In this document: in pieces, positions 58,093-64,000 of the stretch
Numbering within the stretch: position 1 is the stretch's first letter
Layout of the letters: each line of letters begins with the position of its first letter
Origin: a virus
IMG/VR virus record: IMGVR_UViG_3300034102_003113
DNA length: 64,000 bases
Direction: 5' to 3' (one strand)
The notes under the pieces: model-generated
Told to the model about the DNA's origin: nothing
What the model saw: only the letters and a program-made list of their open reading frames with translations
Databases searched by the model: none
Program-made: the position numbers and the translations under genes

Positions 58093-58549
58093 ACCGGAGT
58101 CTTCGGTTTTAGTTCTTAATGCCACCTATGAACCGATAAACATCACAAGTTGGAAAAGGGCTATCATCCTTCTTGTAAAGGAGAAAGCTACGATTATCTC
58201 GGAGAAGGTAATCCGTCTTATCGACTATGTTCGTGTTCCTGTATCCAAAATTATGGAAGCAAAGCCATCTCGGGCGATGATTTACAAACGAGATGGGCAT
58301 AAATGCCAATATTGTGGCTCTACGAGGGGATTGACAATTGACCATGTAATTCCTAAGAGTCGTGGAGGTGGGGATACTTGGCAGAATTTAGTTGTTGCGT
58401 GTAGCAAATGTAATACATTTAAGAGCAATAAACTCTTAGAGCATACAGGAATGAAACTTGTACGAAAACCCACAGCCCCGGTAAATAAGATCATCTTCGT
58501 GATTTCCCAAACTAAAGACCCAGAATGGCAACAGTATAATTATATTTGA
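58052..58549 (+). CDS. HNH endonuclease (McrA-like, cyanobacterial type)
   Basis: VLVLNATYEP, RD...CQYCG, TIDHVIPKSRGG..TWQNLVVAC..CN..K. Exact start uncertain. Confidence 0.9.
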   Translation: MNIAIALENAWGIKPESSVLVLNATYEPINITSWKRAIILLVKEKATIISEKVIRLIDYVRVPVSKIMEAKPSRAMIYKRDGHKCQYCGSTRGLTIDHVIPKSRGGGDTWQNLVVACSKCNTFKSNKLLEHTGMKLVRKPTAPVNKIIFVISQTKDPEWQQYNYI

Positions 58550-58559
58550 TTAAAGTTCG

Positions 58560-58589
58560 GAGGGGAGTTAAATCTTCCCTCTTTTTTTT
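58560..58589 (+). terminator. intrinsic terminator
   Basis: GAGGGGAG-loop-CTTCCCTC followed by T8. Confidence 0.7.
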
Positions 58590-58598
58590 ATTGTCATC

Positions 58599-59165
58599 AT
58601 GGACTTTTATTTCTCTTTTGGTAAAAAGAAACCATCAGAAAGATCAATGATTATCTCCGCAGCATTTATCTGGGGAATCTTTGAGGCCATAGTAGATCCA
58701 TTACTTGATTTCATCAATCGTAAGGTTTTAAATAGTTTTGATGGAGAGAAATTAAAGTTGGTATTTGATGAGTTAGATATTTTTTGGCTTAGAAATGGGC
58801 AAAATAAGCATTATTCTAACTCTGACATTCGTCTTATTATATGTTTATTTTTGAGATCAGTAGAAGATAACCAACTAACTAGAAAAGAACTCTTAGCGCT
58901 CACTAACTTTATCCAGAGACATTGGGTAGCATCTGAAGCTTTAAAGAAGACTTTTACTCAAACTGATGAAGTTATCGAGGCGCATGTGGAATCCACTGTG
59001 GATCAGGCCATCGAGTTATATGAAAAAACATATATGGAAAAACCACAAACCCCAGAAGAGTTTGTGGCCAGTACTGCAGAGATAATATTCCATGAACCAG
59101 ACGGGAGTAAGGCTCAAGAACTGCTTGGTGGGATGATGGAGATAAAGAATAAGTTTTTTTACTAA
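58599..59165 (+). CDS. hypothetical protein
   Basis: 188 aa ORF with a moderately hydrophobic N-terminal segment. Confidence 0.55.
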   Translation: MDFYFSFGKKKPSERSMIISAAFIWGIFEAIVDPLLDFINRKVLNSFDGEKLKLVFDELDIFWLRNGQNKHYSNSDIRLIICLFLRSVEDNQLTRKELLALTNFIQRHWVASEALKKTFTQTDEVIEAHVESTVDQAIELYEKTYMEKPQTPEEFVASTAEIIFHEPDGSKAQELLGGMMEIKNKFFY

Positions 59166-60376
59166 ATAACCCAAAGAGGCTTCATAGGATCCTTGGAAGC
59201 AGTGTTATTTTGTCTCAGGATTTTATATGTCCCATCATCCTGGGTCTCTGGACTGACCCACTCTCTATTACCATCTAGTGCCTCAGAGATTTCTTTAATC
59301 CAGTCTCCGGCTGTACATGCCGGGACGTTCTGGCAGATCACGTTACTATGCTTTGTAGGAATGTGTACTTTAGCTGCGTAATCGTCAGGGAATCCCATTA
59401 AGGCCAACCCTTCCGCGATAGTCAACCATCTATCTTCGTAGGGATGCATGAGATAAGGAAGTGACTTCCACATTAGACTCTGTGTTCTATACCAGGATAG
59501 TTTAATACTTCCATCCATAATATTTTTTCCAGCTTTTTTCTTTTCAAGCGTGTAATTCAACCAGCGATTAGCCTTCTCATCCTTGACAACTCTCGCCGCT
59601 TCTTCTAACCACCCAGAGTCGTAGATTACGTTCCAGGCAGAGGTCATTCTCTGAGATGCAACATTGGAGAGAATATCTTGCTTAGTAGAACCAACATACT
59701 TCGACTCAATAAACTGCCATAATGGATCTTCACTTGGTTTTGTTCTTGACTTATTAACAGATTCTGACTCAGCAAACTTACCTTCTTTGAGGAATTGATG
59801 AAAAGGAACAAAATCTTTTTTAATTGGTGAAAGTACTGGGACTTTATCTCCCTTCCATAAGAAAAAGAAACTTCTTGTCCGTTCTTGTGGCACTCCATGA
59901 TTAATCGAGGTGGTCTTTACCAGACTCATCGTATAACCATGACCCTGAGCTAGAGTGTTAATTCTTTCCGCAAACTCCTCGCCCATCTTAGAGTAAAGAG
60001 CAGGAGCATTCTCTACCATAATTGCCTTAGGTTTAATCTTTGACATAGCAAATTCTGCTGCATTGTACATATGTACGTTGCTAGGAGCTGAGCATCCCCG
60101 CGGATTATTTGCTTTATCCCCAGATGTGGTATTTGCCATAGACAACCCAGCACAAGGTGGAAGTGATGTAATGATGTCTACATAGGCATTAGGAAACTGC
60201 TCCTCCTCAAAGTCATAGAAAGGCACTTTGTTCATGTATTGAAGACAATACTGATCATTGGCTCCAAACACACTCCCCCATGAGGCGATCCATTCAGGAT
60301 CTGATCCTAATGCCATAGAAGTTCCAACAACACTTCCTCCCACTAGAGGGATGATATGCCCATGAGTATACGCCAT
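59162..60376 (-). CDS. C5 cytosine methyltransferase-like protein
   Basis: PPCAGLS (motif IV), VENAP (VI), GVPQERTRSFF (VIII), R.LTIAE..LMGFPDDY (IX), QNVP (X). Motif I is atypical (IPLVGG). Confidence 0.8.
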   Translation of the reverse strand: MAYTHGHIIPLVGGSVVGTSMALGSDPEWIASWGSVFGANDQYCLQYMNKVPFYDFEEEQFPNAYVDIITSLPPCAGLSMANTTSGDKANNPRGCSAPSNVHMYNAAEFAMSKIKPKAIMVENAPALYSKMGEEFAERINTLAQGHGYTMSLVKTTSINHGVPQERTRSFFFLWKGDKVPVLSPIKKDFVPFHQFLKEGKFAESESVNKSRTKPSEDPLWQFIESKYVGSTKQDILSNVASQRMTSAWNVIYDSGWLEEAARVVKDEKANRWLNYTLEKKKAGKNIMDGSIKLSWYRTQSLMWKSLPYLMHPYEDRWLTIAEGLALMGFPDDYAAKVHIPTKHSNVICQNVPACTAGDWIKEISEALDGNREWVSPETQDDGTYKILRQNNTASKDPMKPLWVI

Positions 60377-60423
60377 GTGATATAATTAATTAAGTCTAGA
60401 GTTCCTTAGACTGAAAATCCCTG

Positions 60424-60431
60424 GTTTAAAG
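60424..60431 (+). promoter_or_regulatory. putative late promoter motif GTTTAAAG
   Basis: 23 nt before ATG 60455; TGTGATATAAT also present at 60376-60386. Confidence 0.55.
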
Positions 60432-60454
60432 ACTATGGAGGATAGATTTTAGCA

Positions 60455-60754
60455 ATGGATAAGAGACTTTCTACGCAAGATTACATGGAGATCCTGAAAA
60501 AGAAACGTCAGGATGGAACATATGACTACGCTGATCGAGTCTTTTATAAGGGCAAAGTAATGCTTAAATGCCCTCCAGGAGCTACTAAACTTGGCAATAC
60601 CTGCGTCCCATCAGCCGCTGCTACTGCAAAGGGTGCTGGTCCAGGAAAAACATGGCAAAAAGATCTCGGAGGCATTAATCCTCAACAAGTTCAACAATTA
60701 GGTGTCGCAAAAACATCCAAAGATATAAAAAAAGCTAGAGAAAAGAATGGATGA
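60455..60754 (+). CDS. small basic protein with a CPPG-x7-CVP motif
   Basis: 99 aa ORF preceded by a promoter motif. Confidence 0.55.
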   Translation: MDKRLSTQDYMEILKKKRQDGTYDYADRVFYKGKVMLKCPPGATKLGNTCVPSAAATAKGAGPGKTWQKDLGGINPQQVQQLGVAKTSKDIKKAREKNG

Positions 60755-61901
60755 TCCGCTTATCATCACAAACGGAAAGTTTTCTATCTCAATTGAGACA
60801 AAAAAATCTCTAAAGAATGTAAACTTTGGAGCAGGATCTATTACTCTACGCCCAGGTAAACCCAAAGAAGCTACCCAGTGGTACGACGTAAATAACAGAC
60901 AGGTATATAAACGTCCGAGCGGGCACTGGAGTTATACTAATCCAGAACAATCTAAAAAAAGCCTAGAGAAGAGAATGTCTAGCGCCTATGACCGTAATGC
61001 CGGATCATCAAGTGCGCAAAAACCCTCTGCTCAAGGGACAAAAACATCAGCGCACACTCTCTCCGAGAATCTAATCAAGGATTTATTACTGACTAAGAAC
61101 GATAGTTCTAAAGTTAAACTTAAGGGGATTTTTGAATCCGAGATTAATAAATTAGAATCGGATGATAAAACAAAAAGAGACTGGATTGACTCCACTTACA
61201 ATTCAGCACAAGCGATTCAAACTTACTTAGATAGTAGTGGAGAACAAATAAAAAACATAGATTATGTCGGGAACAAAACTCAATCAGAAGAGTTTTACAC
61301 AGCGGATATAATCATACAAACAGATAAAAGAAAATTAGGAGTTTCCTTAAAGAAAACTGGAAACGCTAGGATGTATAATACATCTATTAACAAAGATAAT
61401 AGAGTCCAAGAGTTCTTTGCTGCCCAAGATGATCTGTTAAAGAGATTTGTACCTCAAGGGACAAAGTTAAATAGAAAGCTCAGGAAAGAAATTTTTAGTA
61501 ATAACAAAAATCAAAAAATAGACGGATTGACTCTAGAGAAACATCTCTCTAATCTAAGAGTGGATCTACAAAAAAATTTAAAAGATGACATTGACAATGT
61601 ACTAGGCTCTAGTAACATAGTAGGTAAAGTACAAAAGATATTCAATGCCATTAATAAAAACACACTAATACTCGTGTCCAATAAAGATGTGATTGACTCT
61701 TCTAATTTAAAAAAATTAGGGCAAAATCACCTCGAACCAAGACACGCTAACGACGGATCTAATTTTATATATTACGGGAATACGGCCGTAGCTAGATTAG
61801 GTATCCGTCAGGACGGAATGGGTTATGGAACTTCGATAAAACTAGAAGCCAATTTCACCCAACAATTTATTCGTGAATTAACAAAGAATACCAATGATTG
61901 A
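60747..61901 (+). CDS. putative PD-(D/E)xK-superfamily endonuclease
   Basis: Helix with E (LSENL), then TADIII...GVSLKK; AT-rich, Lys/Asn-rich. Confidence 0.55.
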   Translation: MDDPLIITNGKFSISIETKKSLKNVNFGAGSITLRPGKPKEATQWYDVNNRQVYKRPSGHWSYTNPEQSKKSLEKRMSSAYDRNAGSSSAQKPSAQGTKTSAHTLSENLIKDLLLTKNDSSKVKLKGIFESEINKLESDDKTKRDWIDSTYNSAQAIQTYLDSSGEQIKNIDYVGNKTQSEEFYTADIIIQTDKRKLGVSLKKTGNARMYNTSINKDNRVQEFFAAQDDLLKRFVPQGTKLNRKLRKEIFSNNKNQKIDGLTLEKHLSNLRVDLQKNLKDDIDNVLGSSNIVGKVQKIFNAINKNTLILVSNKDVIDSSNLKKLGQNHLEPRHANDGSNFIYYGNTAVARLGIRQDGMGYGTSIKLEANFTQQFIRELTKNTND

Positions 61902-62136
61902 AAGAATCTCAAAACCAATTCGCTTTGATAAGCAAATCCCCTGGCTCATTGTAGCTCGCGATGGAGAAAAGTTTTTTGTCGCTAAAGAAGATGTAATCGC
62001 CGAGGACCCTAGCATGGAACTCATTGAGATGGGAAGTCGCTCATTACTTCAGTGGGCAATGGAGTATGATTATCCTCTTCGCAAGTTTGTAAAACTCCAG
62101 AAGATCCTTGTTAAGAAGTATTTCGACATTGAATGA
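61894..62136 (+). CDS. hypothetical protein
   Basis: 80 aa; overlaps the upstream stop. Confidence 0.55.
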   Translation: MIERISKPIRFDKQIPWLIVARDGEKFFVAKEDVIAEDPSMELIEMGSRSLLQWAMEYDYPLRKFVKLQKILVKKYFDIE

Positions 62137-62149
62137 CTAGTTAGTTTCC

Positions 62150-62160
62150 TGTGATAGAAT
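62150..62160 (+). promoter_or_regulatory. extended -10 promoter TGTGATAGAAT
   Basis: Upstream of the ThyA-family gene. Confidence 0.65.
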
Positions 62161-62189
62161 GATCATCTAATCATTCACCACGGGAGATT

Positions 62190-63026
62190 ATGACTCTGTC
62201 ATTTGATTATCAGTACATTAAGATTGCAAAAGAGATCCTGACCGAAGGTACCGAGGTTATCGGCCGAAACAATCTCCGCTATAAGCAGATGTTCGGTCAG
62301 ACAATCAAGATCGATCTTCGGGAGGGATTTCCTGCTCTCACGATCCGTAAGATGCCCGTACGTAATCTCTTCCGAGAGTTTATGTGGGATGTCAATGGAG
62401 ACTATCAAGTAACCAATCTCGGTCCTGCCAAGCACTTCTGGGACTTTTTGGCCGATACCGAAGGCCGTCTTGCAGGGTCTTACGGACGTTCCTGGCGATC
62501 CTGGCCTCAAGTCTGCCCAGAGCAAAATATGCAATGGGAGAAATTCCGTAATGAACCATTCGACCAACTCAAGTGGATCTGGGAACAACTTCGCACAAAT
62601 CCAACCAATCGCCAACTTGTTCTTCAGACTTTCAATCCTGCTTACGATTCTCTTCACTGTCCTCCTTGTCATCCTAACCTCACTTTTTCTAGTGATGGGA
62701 CTTATCTTGATTTGATGGTTAATGCTCGGAGTAATGACATGGCCACAGGAGTCCCTCTGGATATGTTCCGTTATGGCCTCCTTACTACAAAGATGGCGCA
62801 GGATGCCAATCTTACTCCTCGATTTGTGATGTTCGCCTCGGCCAATAACCACATCTATTCTCAGAATGAGATGGCCATTGAATCGATCATCAAGAACGTG
62901 CCCATGGCACCGTGTGATGTCTGGATCAATAATGAGAAGTCACTTTTCGATCTTGATCCTGAGGCTGATTTTGAACTGATTGATTACTTCTCCCATCCCT
63001 CAGCTCGTATGGAGGTGGCTAACTGA
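62190..63026 (+). CDS. thyA: thymidylate synthase (ThyA)-family enzyme, predicted dCMP-specific (methylase or hydroxymethylase)
   Basis: DLREGFP, YG..WR.W, DQL, PPCH (Cys160), RSND...GVPLD (Asp191 where TS has Asn), HIY. The symbol is family-level only. Confidence 0.85.
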   Translation: MTLSFDYQYIKIAKEILTEGTEVIGRNNLRYKQMFGQTIKIDLREGFPALTIRKMPVRNLFREFMWDVNGDYQVTNLGPAKHFWDFLADTEGRLAGSYGRSWRSWPQVCPEQNMQWEKFRNEPFDQLKWIWEQLRTNPTNRQLVLQTFNPAYDSLHCPPCHPNLTFSSDGTYLDLMVNARSNDMATGVPLDMFRYGLLTTKMAQDANLTPRFVMFASANNHIYSQNEMAIESIIKNVPMAPCDVWINNEKSLFDLDPEADFELIDYFSHPSARMEVAN

Positions 63027-64000
63027 TGCCTATTCCCTCCTACGATTACACTTCATCCCTACTCGAAGATGTATTTGAGCCCGTCATCGATCCTTATTGT
63101 CCGGTTGTCGTTATTGATTTCAAAGTATACGCTCATGCCATTAATAAGTACGCTGAGTTGGCTTCGGAAGTTGCTAGGAATGATGATGAGTTAAAGACAA
63201 TCATGAAGGCCATGTGGGCCTATAAACTCAACCGGGGACCTGACATGCTCCAGTCATTCCCCTTTGTTGGATTGATTGTAGATGACCTTAAAGGCCAATT
63301 TGAGCCAGAGTTTTCTGAGGCATCTACCACTGGAGTTGGGTATTGGAGGCATATCGAAGCTCATAAGATTAATCTTGCAGAGTACAAGGGTGGTAGAGGA
63401 GAAAAAACGCCGTTCTTCTACCTAACAGAGGCCGCCGGGTATGAATACATTCTCTCCCAAGGCTCCACCTTCCCCTACTTTGCTAAGGAGTTCTTTGAGG
63501 CAGATGATATTGCAGGACATATCTGCAGACTGAAAAGAAAAGCCAAAAAGAACTCTGTATTAGCCCAAAGACAGATCATCCTCTCCACGGTGGATGGGGA
63601 CTGGCAAGGACTTGTATCCGACTCTCATGATATTGTCTGGGCCAATACCGGCCCATGGCTCCCTCGCCTCCGTTCTGAGACAGAAGTTTGCGATTACTAT
63701 CTCCGCAAAGACAAACTAATTATCGACTCCGCCTATGGTTGCTATACTGTAAAGGAGAAGGTCGGTGATGCCGGAGATAACCTTATGCCTGGAACACCAC
63801 TGCGATTTTTTGACTTATACAATGAAGATTCTGAATGGCGTTTTACAAAAGAAGACACCCAAGCCATATCAAAAGTACTTAACTCTGACACTCCTTCAAA
63901 CAGGGAAGATCACCTACAATCCGCAAAAAAATTTCTCTCCTCTAAGGGACTTTTCATGCCAGAGATTGGTGAGACCCAGTATGATGAAAAACAATTCTTC
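63026..64000 (+). CDS. 5'-3' exonuclease/flap endonuclease (T4 RNase H / T5 D15-like), 3'-truncated
   Basis: Not in the ORF track. Hand-translated from ATG 63026: VVVIDF, YWR, YKGGR, FEADDIAG, STVDGDW, VGDAGDNL. Confidence 0.85.
   Translation, partial: MPIPSYDYTSSLLEDVFEPVIDPYCPVVVIDFKVYAHAINKYAELASEVARNDDELKTIMKAMWAYKLNRGPDMLQSFPFVGLIVDDLKGQFEPEFSEASTTGVGYWRHIEAHKINLAEYKGGRGEKTPFFYLTEAAGYEYILSQGSTFPYFAKEFFEADDIAGHICRLKRKAKKNSVLAQRQIILSTVDGDWQGLVSDSHDIVWANTGPWLPRLRSETEVCDYYLRKDKLIIDSAYGCYTVKEKVGDAGDNLMPGTPLRFFDLYNEDSEWRFTKEDTQAISKVLNSDTPSNREDHLQSAKKFLSSKGLFMPEIGETQYDEKQFF

Noticed and set aside
62199-62852. 217-aa antisense ORF over the TS-like gene
   Set aside because: Shadow ORF with no motifs or expression signals.
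1-64000. Stop-codon reassignment
   Set aside because: Coding density is high under the standard code, and TAA, TAG and TGA all end recognisable full-length genes.

Overview
This is a 64-kb segment of a large tailed dsDNA phage, most likely a contractile-tailed (myovirus-like) phage of a cyanobacterium. The host inference rests on phoH, a Mo-nitro_C-like protein, a cyanobacterial-type HNH and cyanophage-like fibre proteins; all homology calls are by motif recognition, with no database search. Layout: (i) 1-26.6 kb, tail-fibre and virion-adhesin genes (LamG, Gly-rich, GNVGIGT-repeat, beta-helix, two giant paralogues, LRR, PA14) plus a 2OG-Fe(II) oxygenase and a sulfotransferase-like gene; (ii) 26.7-51.9 kb, phoH, a dNMP-kinase-like gene, a hub/M23/lysozyme tail protein, a sigma factor, thioredoxin, TerL, spike, baseplate J/I/LysM-like genes and an S74-chaperone fibre; (iii) 52-64 kb, replication and nucleotide metabolism (SSB-like, nrdB, HNH, nrdA-glutaredoxin fusion, dUTPase/dCTPase-like, C5-MTase-like, PD-(D/E)xK nuclease, ThyA-family enzyme, 5'-3' exonuclease). 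The most notable signal is that the ThyA-family enzyme has Asp at the substrate-specificity position (E. coli Asn177), which predicts a dCMP rather than dUMP substrate. With the dCTPase-like, kinase, atypical MTase and nuclease genes, this suggests a cytosine-modification pathway. Other points: two well-partitioned promoter motifs (GTTTAAAG vs TGnTAnAAT), a uORF plus terminator in the phoH leader, a shared N-terminal leader on unrelated small proteins, and a circularly permuted M23 domain. No tRNA, rRNA, CRISPR array, integrase or reverse transcriptase was recognised.
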